A DNA stretch of 64,000 nt, from the NCBI RefSeq assembly GCF_030453725.1, contig NZ_JAKDJU010000002.1:324-64323 (forward strand). The letters run 5' to 3'. The position numbers and the translations under genes are program-made. Positions 47,630-59,413 of this stretch are shown in pieces. Numbering within the stretch: position 1 is the first letter of the stretch; every line of letters begins with the position of its first letter. This stretch comes from Brevibacterium sandarakinum (GTDB lineage: Bacteria > Actinomycetota > Actinomycetes > Actinomycetales > Brevibacteriaceae). The notes beneath the pieces were generated by a model. The model was not told the DNA's origin. It ran no database searches and saw only the letters and a list, made by a program, of their open reading frames with translations.

Positions 47630-48544
47630 ATGGGACTGTTCTCTCGATTCTCCAAGAAATCCTCCGCTGAGAAGATCGACGACACTGTCGACGAGGAGCA
47701 CGACGTCGACGACGCCGTGACAAATGACACCGAGGCCGAGGACTCGACCGACGGCGAGTCGGACTTGATCGACCGCGAGTCGGACTTGATCGACGATGAT
47801 TCGGACCGGACCGGCAGCGATTCGGATGAGGCCGACTCGACGGAGTCGGAGGATTCGACCGATGACGAAGACGTCGACGAACTCGACGAGGACGCCCTGC
47901 TCGAGAAGTCCGCTCCATACGACCGCTCTGAGAAGGGCCCGTTCGACGCCGGCGAAGACTTCCCTGAGCTCAACAGGCTCGACCTGGGAGCTCTCAAGGT
48001 ACCCGTCGTCGACGGCATGCAAGTGCGTCTGGACACAGATGACGACTCCCAACGTGTGCTGGCTGTGACTCTCATCCATGAAGGCGGCGGGATCCAGCTG
48101 CAGGCCTTCGCAACACCACGGTCGGAAGGTCTGTGGAACACCGTCCGCAAACAGCTGACAGGCAGCGTCACCTCACAGGGCGGCGAAGCATCGGAGCTCC
48201 ACACGTCGCTGGGCAGAGAACTGGCTGTAGAAGTCCCTGCCAAGACAGAGGACGGTCGCCCCGGGAAGCGCGCCATGCGCTTCGCCGGGATCGACGGTCC
48301 GCGGTGGTTCGTCCGCGCGGTGTTCTCCGGCAAGGCCGTCACCGACGAAGAGATCCGGTCCGAACTCAGCGCACTCTTCCGCGGAGTCGTCGTCGACAGA
48401 GGGCAGGAGGCGATGGCTCCGCGTGAGCTCATCGTGCTCACTGCGCCTCAGGTCGACGCAGATTCCGAGAACAGCGATGAGGGCAAGGACAAGGACGAGC
48501 TCAACCCGTTCGAACGCGGACCGGAAATCACCGAGGTCCGCTGA
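47630..48544 (+). CDS. DUF3710 family protein with an acidic N-terminal region
   Basis: 304 aa. MGLFSRFSKK..., an acidic repeat region, then a conserved core (GPFD...LDLGALKVP...). It lies downstream of dut, as in other actinobacteria (from memory). Confidence 0.7.
   Translation: MGLFSRFSKKSSAEKIDDTVDEEHDVDDAVTNDTEAEDSTDGESDLIDRESDLIDDDSDRTGSDSDEADSTESEDSTDDEDVDELDEDALLEKSAPYDRSEKGPFDAGEDFPELNRLDLGALKVPVVDGMQVRLDTDDDSQRVLAVTLIHEGGGIQLQAFATPRSEGLWNTVRKQLTGSVTSQGGEASELHTSLGRELAVEVPAKTEDGRPGKRAMRFAGIDGPRWFVRAVFSGKAVTDEEIRSELSALFRGVVVDRGQEAMAPRELIVLTAPQVDADSENSDEGKDKDELNPFERGPEITEVR
47756..47794 (+). repeat. Perfect 18-nt direct repeat GAGTCGGACTTGATCGAC x2 separated by CGC
   Basis: Read from the sequence. 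Encodes ESDLID-R-ESDLID inside the DUF3710 gene. Confidence 0.9.
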
Positions 48545-48550
48545 GTCCCC

Positions 48551-48925
48551 ATGCTGGAACTCTTCACACGCCTCGTGCGTGATTTCGGGTCCAGGGACGC
48601 CGAGGCGCGGGCCGATCTGAGGCTGCTGTCCCAGATTCCCGGCGTCATCAGCGTCCGGGACCTCACGCCCCGGCAGCTGTCGAGGATCGCCGGCGTCGTC
48701 AGCGCGGTGACGCAGTCATGCAGCGGCGACAGCCCTCGTCTGCATATCACGGTTGCCGATGGAACCGGAGAGGTTCACGCGCAGTTCCTGGGCCGTCGTG
48801 AGATCAGCGGAATCAGGCCGGGAGCACTGATCGTCCTCGAGGGCCGCTTCTGCAGCCATGACGGAGTGCTGAAGGGCCACAACCCGGTCTACGAGCTGAT
48901 CCAGACCCGCGAAGACCACGAGTGA
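48551..48925 (+). CDS. OB-fold domain protein (function unknown)
   Basis: 124 aa. The pattern RIAGVVSAV...LHITVADGTGEVHAQFLGRREI.GIRPGALIVLEGR resembles OB-fold nucleic-acid-binding proteins found next to the DUF3710 gene. Confidence 0.55.
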   Translation: MLELFTRLVRDFGSRDAEARADLRLLSQIPGVISVRDLTPRQLSRIAGVVSAVTQSCSGDSPRLHITVADGTGEVHAQFLGRREISGIRPGALIVLEGRFCSHDGVLKGHNPVYELIQTREDHE

Positions 48926-48961
48926 GCTGATCTCGGCGTCATCGGCGAACAGAGTTCGTGC

Positions 48962-49627
48962 TCATTGCGCGGGAGTCTGCAGGAGACTCAGCAGAGCACC
49001 TTCCTGATCCGGCGAGGAGAGGAAGAACAGCTCGTCGCCGGCTTCGACCACGTTATCGGCGCTGGGCGCGAATGCCCGGGAATTGCGAATGACCGCGACG
49101 AGCACCGTGTCGAGCGGGAAGGCGATGTCGCCGATCCGTGAGGCGACGAGTGCCGACGATTCGTGGACCGTGAACTCCATCAGGCCCGCCTGACCGCGTT
49201 CGAAGCTCATCAGATGCACAAGGCCGCCCACCTCGACGGCCTCCTCGACCAGAGCCGTCATCAGGCGCGGCGTCGACACTGCTACGTCGACGCCCCAGTT
49301 CTCGTCGAAGAGCCACTCGTTCTTCGGATTGTTCACCCGTGACACTGTGCGCGGAACACCGAACTCGGTCTTGGCCAGCAGAGACAGAACGAGGTTGGTC
49401 TTGTCGTCTCCGGTCGCGGCGACGACCACGTCGGCTTCCTCGAGCTTCGCCTCACCCAGACCCGCCAACTCGCACGCATCCGAGAGCAGCCATTCGGCTC
49501 CGGGTATGCGCTCATGTCCCAGCGCCTCCTTGCTCTGGTCGATGAGCAGGGCTGTGTGCTTCTTGTCGATGAGCTCCCGGGCCACTGACCGACCGACGGA
49601 TCCGGCCCCGGCGATGACGACTCTCAT
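48962..49627 (-). CDS. trkA: TrkA-type potassium transport regulatory protein (RCK N and C domains)
   Basis: MRVVIAGAGSVGRSVARELIDKKH is a Rossmann GxGxxG motif. I chose the ATG at 49627, which overlaps the upstream trkA stop by 4 nt. Confidence 0.85.
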   Translation of the reverse strand: MRVVIAGAGSVGRSVARELIDKKHTALLIDQSKEALGHERIPGAEWLLSDACELAGLGEAKLEEADVVVAATGDDKTNLVLSLLAKTEFGVPRTVSRVNNPKNEWLFDENWGVDVAVSTPRLMTALVEEAVEVGGLVHLMSFERGQAGLMEFTVHESSALVASRIGDIAFPLDTVLVAVIRNSRAFAPSADNVVEAGDELFFLSSPDQEGALLSLLQTPAQ

Positions 49628-50295
49628 TCTTCCTCCATTGTTCGCACCGGCTGGTCCAGAATCTTCTCGATCTCGCCGAGGCGGTCCACCGGGCACATCA
49701 GATGGACCAGGTCTCCGTCCTGGAGGAGCAGATCCTCATGAGCGAGGATGCCCTCGGACAATCGGGTGACGTAGGCGACCCGTGCCTTGGTTCGGGTCTC
49801 GATCTCCTTGATCGGTCTGGCCACCCACCCGGGATCGAGATGGACCTCGGCGAGCACGAGCCTGCCCGAGGGTTCGCGGAATTCGGTGATCGATCCCTGC
49901 GGGACGAGTTTGCGCATCACCTGGTCGGCCGTCCACCTCACCGTGGGAACGGTGGGAATGCCCAGCCGTTCGAACACCTGGGCGCGATTGGGATCGTAGA
50001 TTCGGGCCGCGACGTTGACTACGCCGAAGGTCTCGCGGGCGACACGCGCGGCGAGGATATTGGAATTGTCTCCGCTGGAGACTGCGGCGAAGGCGTAGGC
50101 GTCCGAAGTCTTCGCCTGGGAGAGAGTCTCACGGTCGAACCCGATGCCGGTGATGGTGGATCCGCTGAAATCCCTGCCGAGCTTGAGAAACGCATCGGGG
50201 TTGCGGTCGACGACTGCCACCGAGTGCCCATTGGCATCGAGGGCTTTGCCCAAGGACGCTCCGACTCGGCCGCAGCCCATAATCACGAAGTGCAT
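49624..50295 (-). CDS. trkA: TrkA-type potassium transport regulatory protein (second copy)
   Basis: MHFVIMGCGRVGASLGKALDANGHSVAVVD. I chose the ATG at 50295. Confidence 0.85.
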   Translation of the reverse strand: MHFVIMGCGRVGASLGKALDANGHSVAVVDRNPDAFLKLGRDFSGSTITGIGFDRETLSQAKTSDAYAFAAVSSGDNSNILAARVARETFGVVNVAARIYDPNRAQVFERLGIPTVPTVRWTADQVMRKLVPQGSITEFREPSGRLVLAEVHLDPGWVARPIKEIETRTKARVAYVTRLSEGILAHEDLLLQDGDLVHLMCPVDRLGEIEKILDQPVRTMEEE

Positions 50296-50326
50296 GGGTA
50301 ATCCTCTCCGCAGTGATCTACCATTG

Positions 50327-52342
50327 GTGCACGTGGCCAGCAGTTTTTCTGATGCCGTCAAAAGACTACTCGTTGGACGGCCCTTCCGCAGTGAGGACAG
50401 GCGTACGCCGGTGCTGAAGAAGCGCATCGCGATGCCCGTCTTCGCCTCCGACATGCTCTCCTCCGTAGCCTATGCCCCGGACGAGATCCTGCTGGCCCTG
50501 TCATTGACATCGCTCGTCGCCCTCACCGTCGCACCCTGGATCGGTGTTGCTGTCGGCGCAGTGATCCTCGTGATCGTCGCCTGCTACCGCATCAACGTCA
50601 AGGCCTACCCGTCCGGAGGCGGCGACTACGAGGTCGCGTCGAAGAACCTCGGTCCCCGTGCCGGGCTGGTCGTCGCTGCGGCGCTGTTGGTCGATTATGT
50701 GCTGACCCTGGCCGTGTCGATGACAGTCTTCGCCGCGTACATCACGACGGCCTTTCCGCTGCTGGCCCCGTATCGCGTTCCGGTGGCGATCATCGGGATC
50801 CTGCTTATCACCCTGGCCGGGTTGCGCGGTTCGCGTGCCACCCCGGTGATTCTCGCGATCCCGACCTACCTGTTCCTGGGTGCCGTCTTCCTCACCATGT
50901 GCGTGGGTCTGCTGCGGGTCGGTGCCGGAGACATCCCACAGGCGGAGACCGCCGATTACACCGTCGTCCATACCGGAATCCAAGACGAGGCCACGCTCGG
51001 GCTGGCGACGGTCCTGATCGTCCTGCGCGCCTTCTCCTCCGGCTCTGTGGCTTTGGCCGGTGTGCAGACGGTGGCCACTGCAGTGCCCGCATTCAAGAAG
51101 CCGCGCGGGAAGAATGCCGGCAACACCCTCCTGCTGTCGGGCCTGTTGGCGGCGCTGATGCTCACGGGCCTGACCTATCTGGCATCCGTGACCGGCATCA
51201 AATACGTCGACGACCCGCATCTCTACCTGGTCAGACCCGATGGCAGCGCGGTCAGCGCCGAATACGAGCAGGAACCCGTGCTCGCGCAGCTGGCGCACGC
51301 GATCTTCGACAACGCACCCGTGATGTTCTACTGCGTCGTGCTTGTCGCGGCCCTCGTGCTCATCGTCGCCGCGAACACTGCGGTCGAGGGATTCCCCGGC
51401 CTCGCCTCTCGGCTGGCACGCGACGGATTCCTGCCCAGGCAGCTGGCGACCAAGGGCGACCGGCTGACGTTCTCCAACGGCATCCTGCTCCTGGCCTTTG
51501 CAGCGATCCTGCTCGTCATAGCGACGCGGGCCTCTGCGACGACCCTGATCCAGCTCTATCTCGTCGGTGTCTTCGCGAGCTTCGTCGTCGGCCAGGCGGG
51601 CATGGTCCTGCACTGGAACAAGCGCCTGCGCTTGGTCATCGACTCGAAGGCGCGCGTGCGGATGCACATCAATCGCCTCGTCAACGGGGCCGGCTGCATC
51701 ATCGCCTCGGGCGTGCTGCTCGTCGTCATCGTCTCCAAGTTCCTTGCCGGCGCCTGGCTCGCGGTCGCGGCGATGGCAGGACTCTACCTGGTGATGGGCG
51801 CCATCCATCGCCACTACTCCCGCGTCGCCCGGGAACTCGCCCCGGAGGCCGACGGGGGATCGCGCACGATCCCGTCGAACACCCACGCGATCGTCGTCGT
51901 CAATGAGATCAACAAGCCGACTCTGCGAGCCCTGTCCTATGCCCGGGTGACCCGCTCCAGCCAGCTCGAAGCCATCACCGTGGCCGTCGACGAGGACTCT
52001 GCGAGCGCGCTGCAACGGCAGTGGAACGATATGTCGCTGCCCGTGCCGCTGACGGTCCTCGACTCGCCCTACCGGGAGTTGGTCCGGCCCCTGCTGGCTC
52101 ATGTTCTCGCGATCCGCCGCAGATCCCCGCGCGACCTCGTCATCGTCTACATACCCCAGTACATCGTGGGACGCTGGTGGGAACACATCCTCCACAACCA
52201 AGTAGCCTTGAAGCTGCGCACTCGTCTGCTGCTGGTCCCCAATGTCGTCGTGGTCTCAGTGCCGTGGCGACTGCGTTCCTTCTCCCGGCAGTACGGCGGC
52301 GATGGCCCCGAGAACGACAATCCACTGTACAGACAGGCTTGA
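50327..52342 (+). CDS. APC superfamily permease with a C-terminal cytoplasmic domain
   Basis: About 12 TM segments. KRLLVGRPFRS...PVFASDMLSSVAYAPDEI is a typical N-terminus for this actinobacterial family. It is divergent from the trkA pair. Start is GTG 50327 or 50333. The ATG at 50294 is rejected because it overlaps the divergent trkA start. Confidence 0.8.
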   Translation: MHVASSFSDAVKRLLVGRPFRSEDRRTPVLKKRIAMPVFASDMLSSVAYAPDEILLALSLTSLVALTVAPWIGVAVGAVILVIVACYRINVKAYPSGGGDYEVASKNLGPRAGLVVAAALLVDYVLTLAVSMTVFAAYITTAFPLLAPYRVPVAIIGILLITLAGLRGSRATPVILAIPTYLFLGAVFLTMCVGLLRVGAGDIPQAETADYTVVHTGIQDEATLGLATVLIVLRAFSSGSVALAGVQTVATAVPAFKKPRGKNAGNTLLLSGLLAALMLTGLTYLASVTGIKYVDDPHLYLVRPDGSAVSAEYEQEPVLAQLAHAIFDNAPVMFYCVVLVAALVLIVAANTAVEGFPGLASRLARDGFLPRQLATKGDRLTFSNGILLLAFAAILLVIATRASATTLIQLYLVGVFASFVVGQAGMVLHWNKRLRLVIDSKARVRMHINRLVNGAGCIIASGVLLVVIVSKFLAGAWLAVAAMAGLYLVMGAIHRHYSRVARELAPEADGGSRTIPSNTHAIVVVNEINKPTLRALSYARVTRSSQLEAITVAVDEDSASALQRQWNDMSLPVPLTVLDSPYRELVRPLLAHVLAIRRRSPRDLVIVYIPQYIVGRWWEHILHNQVALKLRTRLLLVPNVVVVSVPWRLRSFSRQYGGDGPENDNPLYRQA

Positions 52343-52348
52343 ACACCG

Positions 52349-53662
52349 ATGAGCGCACCTTCTGCCGAAGAGATCCCGGCCATGGATCTGACCCTGCACG
52401 TCGAGAGCCCGGCCGCCGGCGGCAGCAGCATCGCCCGCCACGAGGGGCAGGTTGTCTTCGTCACCGGGGCGATTCCGGGGGAGACCGTCCGCGCCCGCAC
52501 CGAAGCGGGGACGGCGGCAAAATTCCTGCGCGCCGACGTCACCGAGGTGCTTGAGGCCTCAGAGTTCCGTGTTCCCGACCGTCGTTCACGGTTCCTCGCC
52601 GACGATGCCGGTGACCGGCAGCTCTTCGGCGGGATGGAGTTCGCCCACGTCGACCTCGCCCACAGTCGTGACCTCAAGGCCGAAGTCCTGCGCGATCAGC
52701 TCTTACGCATCGGCCACATCGACCGCGGCGTCGACGTCGCGGCCGCACCAGGGGAGAGCACCGGGCTGAATTGGCGGACCCGGGTGCAGATGGCCGTCGA
52801 CGGCACGGGTCGACTGGGCATGCTGGCACCGCGCTCTCACGATGTCGTGCCGCTGGCCTCGGCTCCGCTGGCAACGTCTGCCATCGCCGAGGTGGCCCTG
52901 TCCTCGCTGCGCCTGCCCGGTGCCGATCGACTTGAGTTCGCCTGGGCCGGGGATCACGGAGCCGTGATCGTGCGCGGCAGATGCGATCCGGCCGCGCTCA
53001 CAGACCTCGCGCAGACTCTGCCCTCGCAGTGGTCAGTCCTCGCGGATACGCGAAACGGCACCGGCCGCAAGGGCGCTGGAGCCACGGGCGGACACACGAA
53101 GCTGGCCGTGGTCAGGGGAGAGGACCAACTGATCGAAGAGGTCTCCGGGCGCAACTACCGGGTCGCTGCCGATGGGTTCTGGCAGGTCCATGAACAGGCT
53201 CCACAGCTGCTGAGCGCGCAGGTCAACTCCGCGCTCGATGATCAGACACGGGTGATCACGGACCTCTACTGCGGTGTGGGGCTGTTGGGGATCAGCGCCG
53301 CTTCCGCCACCGGCGCGGGTCTCTACGGGGTCGAGGGCGCGAAATCAGCGATCGAGAACGCCAAGGTGAACGCCAAGGGCCTCAACGCGAACTTCGACTC
53401 CTCCCGGGCAGATCGCGCGAGGATTCCGAAGTCGGACGTCATCATCCTCGACCCGCCGCGTTCCGGTGCCGGCAAAGCGGTCACGCGAGCGCTGCTCGAA
53501 TCGAGCGCGACGACGATCGTCTACGTCTCCTGCGACGCCGCAACCCTGGCACGGGACCTCGCGGTACTGGTCGGCGGAGGGTTCGCGATCGAGAGCCTGT
53601 CCGGCTTCGACCTGTTCCCGCTCACCGCTCACCTGGAAACGGTCACCGTCCTCAGGAGGTGA
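52349..53662 (+). CDS. TRAM-domain class I SAM-dependent RNA (uracil-5) methyltransferase (TrmA/RlmD family)
   Basis: 437 aa. N-terminal TRAM-like beta region (GGSSIARHEGQVVFVTGAIPGETV). The C-terminal methyltransferase has DLYCGVGLLG, ILDPPRSG and YVSCDAATLARD. Confidence 0.8.
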   Translation: MSAPSAEEIPAMDLTLHVESPAAGGSSIARHEGQVVFVTGAIPGETVRARTEAGTAAKFLRADVTEVLEASEFRVPDRRSRFLADDAGDRQLFGGMEFAHVDLAHSRDLKAEVLRDQLLRIGHIDRGVDVAAAPGESTGLNWRTRVQMAVDGTGRLGMLAPRSHDVVPLASAPLATSAIAEVALSSLRLPGADRLEFAWAGDHGAVIVRGRCDPAALTDLAQTLPSQWSVLADTRNGTGRKGAGATGGHTKLAVVRGEDQLIEEVSGRNYRVAADGFWQVHEQAPQLLSAQVNSALDDQTRVITDLYCGVGLLGISAASATGAGLYGVEGAKSAIENAKVNAKGLNANFDSSRADRARIPKSDVIILDPPRSGAGKAVTRALLESSATTIVYVSCDAATLARDLAVLVGGGFAIESLSGFDLFPLTAHLETVTVLRR

Positions 53663-53684
53663 TCGGGTCGCAACGTCGGGGCCC

Positions 53685-53876
53685 TCAGGCGCGCACCCTC
53701 TGCGGGAGCAGAATGAGGACGATAAGGGCGATGAAGGTGGTGAGGAATCCCCACAGTCCCCACCATCCTGAGGAGCGGCCCTTCTCGCTTGCCAGGGAGC
53801 GACAGATGACGGCGAAGATGATGCCGACGAGGAGTGCGCCGAACCCGAATCCAGCGCCGAGGGTGAACGGGTCCAT
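53685..53876 (-). CDS. Small two-TM membrane protein (63 aa), function unknown
   Basis: MDPFTLGAGFGFGALLVGIIFAVICRSLASEKGRSSGWWGLWGFLTTFIALIVLILL. A perfect AAGGAG RBS lies 6 nt upstream of the ATG at 53876. Confidence 0.55.
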   Translation of the reverse strand: MDPFTLGAGFGFGALLVGIIFAVICRSLASEKGRSSGWWGLWGFLTTFIALIVLILLPQRVRA

Positions 53877-54040
53877 GAAAGCTCCTTGTTCGCAGCTGCT
53901 GATGTGACTCCAGATTAGGGACGTCGAATGCTGATTCGCGCTGGAGTTGTCCGGACTCTCACGTAGGGAAAACCTGATTCTCCGTTCACCGACAGGCCAG
54001 CCTCCGAAGGTGGTCAAGGGCAGGCAAATGAGATAGAATT

Positions 54041-54058
54041 TATCTTGACGTCAAGATA
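54041..54058. promoter_or_regulatory. Perfect 18-bp palindrome TATCTTGACGTCAAGATA in the acn upstream region (candidate operator)
   Basis: Read from the sequence, in a locally AT-rich stretch 94 nt upstream of the acn ATG. It overlaps a second inverted repeat, AGATA-GAATT-TATCT (54031-54045). Confidence 0.45.
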
Positions 54059-54151
54059 CTTTTGGAAACAATTGTGTCGCGTAAATCGGTGCGCGGCTCA
54101 CGGGCTTGCCCGGTTTCTTGGATGAGTGTCGGATGAGACAGGAGAATCACG

Positions 54152-56836
<2,685 letters not shown>

Positions 56837-56844
56837 TCCGGATC

Positions 56845-56868
56845 CGTCGTCTCAGCGACGACGCCTTT
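56845..56868 (+). terminator. Short hairpin after acn (CGTCGTC-TCAGC-GACGACG followed by CCTTTG)
   Basis: Starts 9 nt after the acn stop. 7-bp stem with a short T run. Confidence 0.5.
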
Positions 56869-56934
56869 GATCGGCGACTTGCTGATCGACCGCGTGTCTG
56901 ATCGATATCCGATCCATCGCTGTCAGCACTGATC

Positions 56935-56971
56935 GACGAAGGCCGGTGGGTTCGTCCCGCCGGCCTTCGTC
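56935..56971. other. Strong orphan hairpin (16-bp stem including one G-U, TTCGT loop) about 100 nt downstream of acn
   Basis: GACGAAGGCCGGTGGG-TTCGT-CCCGCCGGCCTTCGTC, read from the sequence. No adjacent T-tract on either strand. Confidence 0.35.
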
Positions 56972-57334
56972 ATCCCCGGATGTTCTCAGCCTTGGTGCGT
57001 GTGCGTCCAGGGCATACGGCAAGCGCCACGTCCTCCCTTCGCGGCTGATGTTCACCATTGCCCCCAACTCAGACCTTTGGCTATGCAATGTTCGCCGTTG
57101 GTGCCTCAAACAACCTCTGCAGGGGTTGTTGTTGCGAGCAACGGTGCCAGGTGCCGCCGGGGAGTGCTCGTGGCGGAGATGAGAGACGCCAGCCACCTCA
57201 CTCCTGTGGATCCAGACACACTCGGTGTTCGCTGAACTCGGGGGAGGGCGAACTCTGCGCCATGAAGCGTTAGGATGATGCGAGCGGAAATTGCAGTACA
57301 GGACCATCTATTTTGCATTCAGGAGCGAGGCCGA

Positions 57335-59275
57335 ATGACATTCCTCGAGTCGATCAACTCGCCATCACAGCTGCGTGATCTCGATGACGCCGAATGCGAA
57401 GTGCTGGCGAAGGAGATCAGGGACTATCTGGTGACCACGGTCGCCGGTACAGGCGGACACCTCGGCCCCAACCTCGGCGTGGTCGAACTCACGCTCGGAC
57501 TGCACCGCATCTTCGAATCTCCACACGACACCGTTCTCTTCGACGTCGGCCATCAGACCTACGTGCACAAACTCCTCACCGGTCGGATGGAGGACTTCTC
57601 AAGCCTGCGCCAGCGTGACGGCCTCTCGGGATACCCCAGCAGGGCCGAGAGCGAACACGACGTGATCGAGAACTCCCACGCCTCAGCATCACTGTCGTGG
57701 GCCGACGGAATCGCCAAGGCCCATCAGCTCAAGGGGGAGAGCGACCGACATGTCGTCGCCGTCATCGGCGACGGGGCACTGACCGGCGGAATGGCCTGGG
57801 AAGCGCTGAACACGATTGCGGCCGACAAATCGACTCCACCGCGCAAGCTCATCATCGTCGTCAACGACAATGGCCGCTCCTACGCGCCGACGGTCGGCGG
57901 GTTCGCCGAGCACCTCGACGAGCTGCGCATCACCTCGGGCTACGAGAAGCTGCTGTCCTGGGGAAAGTCGACTCTGCAGCAGTCGGGTGCACCGGGACGA
58001 GCCGCGTACAGCGCCATCCACGGGGTCAAGCGAGGTCTCAAAGACATGGTCAGCGCAGAGCAGGCCGGAATGTTCGACGAACTCGGAATCAAATACCTCG
58101 GACCGGTCGACGGGCACGACCTGCCGACCGTTGAGAAGGCATTCCAGCGGGCCAAGCAATATGACGGCGGACCCGTCATCGTGCACATGATCACCCAGAA
58201 GGGACAGGGCTACGACCCGGCTCTCAACGATGACGCCGATCAGTTCCACTCCGTCGGCGTCATCGACCCGCGGACGGGCAAGTCCACCCCTTCGAAGCAG
58301 ACCTCATGGACGTCCGTCTTCGGCCAAGAGGTTGTGCAGCTGGCACAATCGCGTGATGACATCGTCGCCGTCACCGCGGCAATGCTGCTGCCCGTGGGGC
58401 TCGCGAAGTTCGCCGAGGCGTACCCGGAGCGGGTCTTCGACGTCGGCATCGCCGAACAGCACGCCGTGGCATCCGCGGCGGGACTCTCCTATGGCGGCCT
58501 GCACCCTATCGTGTGTCTCTATGCGACGTTCCTCAACCGTGCCTTCGATCAGCTGCTCATGGACGTCGCCCTGCACGGCCAGGGAGTCACCTTCGTCCTC
58601 GACCGAGCCGGGATCACCGGACCCGATGGCGCCAGCCACCACGGTATCTGGGACATGGCGATGCTGCGGATCGTGCCCGGTCTAAAGCTCGCAGCTCCTC
58701 GTGATGCCGCCCGGCTGACGGAGGAACTGGCCGAAGCCGTCGCCGTCGAGGACGCACCGACCGTGATCCGGTTCCCCCGCGGAAGCGTGGGCGCGGACAT
58801 TCCGGCGGTGCGCCGCCTCGAGGATGGCGTCGACGTTCTGCAGGAGGTGCCGGCAGGTGCTTCCAAGGACGTGCTCATCGTCTCCGTCGGGCCGTTCGCC
58901 GGACGCGCTCAGGAAGTGGCCGAGGATTTGGCCGAACAGGGCATCGCCTCGACGATCATCGACCCGCGTTGGGTGCTGCCCGTGCCAGGCAGTGTCATCG
59001 ACATGGCGATTGAGCACAGTCTTGTGGCCGTGATCGAAGACGGCGTGAAGATCGGCGGAATCGGTTCGCAGATCCGCAGCGATCTGCGGGCTGCCGACTC
59101 ACGCATCGGAGTCCTCGAGCTCGGAGCTCCGGATGAGTTCCTACCGCAGGGCACCCGCGACGAGATCCTCGAATATGCGGGACTCGACGTGGCCACGATG
59201 GTGTCCGAGATCGTCCATATTCTGCCTGCAGAAGTCAGGAATCGAGCTCAGCAGGGTTCGCGCAGAGCTGTCTGA
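57335..59275 (+). CDS. dxs: 1-deoxy-D-xylulose-5-phosphate synthase
   Basis: [16 protein letters not shown]..., then [44 protein letters not shown] and GIAEQHAV. I chose the ATG at 57335, which has a GGAGCGAGG RBS. Confidence 0.95.
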   Translation: MTFLESINSPSQLRDLDDAECEVLAKEIRDYLVTTVAGTGGHLGPNLGVVELTLGLHRIFESPHDTVLFDVGHQTYVHKLLTGRMEDFSSLRQRDGLSGYPSRAESEHDVIENSHASASLSWADGIAKAHQLKGESDRHVVAVIGDGALTGGMAWEALNTIAADKSTPPRKLIIVVNDNGRSYAPTVGGFAEHLDELRITSGYEKLLSWGKSTLQQSGAPGRAAYSAIHGVKRGLKDMVSAEQAGMFDELGIKYLGPVDGHDLPTVEKAFQRAKQYDGGPVIVHMITQKGQGYDPALNDDADQFHSVGVIDPRTGKSTPSKQTSWTSVFGQEVVQLAQSRDDIVAVTAAMLLPVGLAKFAEAYPERVFDVGIAEQHAVASAAGLSYGGLHPIVCLYATFLNRAFDQLLMDVALHGQGVTFVLDRAGITGPDGASHHGIWDMAMLRIVPGLKLAAPRDAARLTEELAEAVAVEDAPTVIRFPRGSVGADIPAVRRLEDGVDVLQEVPAGASKDVLIVSVGPFAGRAQEVAEDLAEQGIASTIIDPRWVLPVPGSVIDMAIEHSLVAVIEDGVKIGGIGSQIRSDLRAADSRIGVLELGAPDEFLPQGTRDEILEYAGLDVATMVSEIVHILPAEVRNRAQQGSRRAV

Positions 59276-59334
59276 CTCGCCAGAGGAATCTGCCACTCTG
59301 CGCCATCAGACAGTCTCAGGCCCTCGAACAGAGG

Positions 59335-59413
59335 CCCACGCCGTGGCAGGCGGCCCCACGCCGTGGGCAGGAGACCTCAGGCTGTGGGCAGGCGACCTCA
59401 GGCTGCGGGCAGA
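59335..59413. repeat. Four tandem imperfect units of about 18-21 nt sharing a G(T)GGGCAGG core
   Basis: The units are CCCACGCCGTGGCAGG, CCCCACGCCGTGGGCAGG, AGACCTCAGGCTGTGGGCAGG and CGACCTCAGGCTGCGGGCAGA. The last unit covers the stop codon of the minus-strand RNase D-like gene. Confidence 0.7.

Noticed and set aside
50294-50326. ATG at 50294 as the start of the APC permease.
   Set aside because: It overlaps the divergent trkA start codon (CATG), which leaves no room for either promoter. The conserved N-terminal block (KRLLVGRPFRS) is retained with the GTG starts at 50327 or 50333.
56852-57307. ORFs in the acn-dxs spacer: 151 aa on the minus strand, plus 78-, 78- and 71-aa ORFs on the plus strand.
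   Set aside because: They have no RBS, an Arg/Cys/Pro-rich composition and no family resemblance. They overlap each other in several frames, which is typical of non-coding GC-rich DNA.
59335-59413. Possible CRISPR-like array, because of the tandem repeats.
   Set aside because: The units are directly adjacent without spacers, are only about 20 nt long, are imperfect, number four, and have no cas genes nearby.
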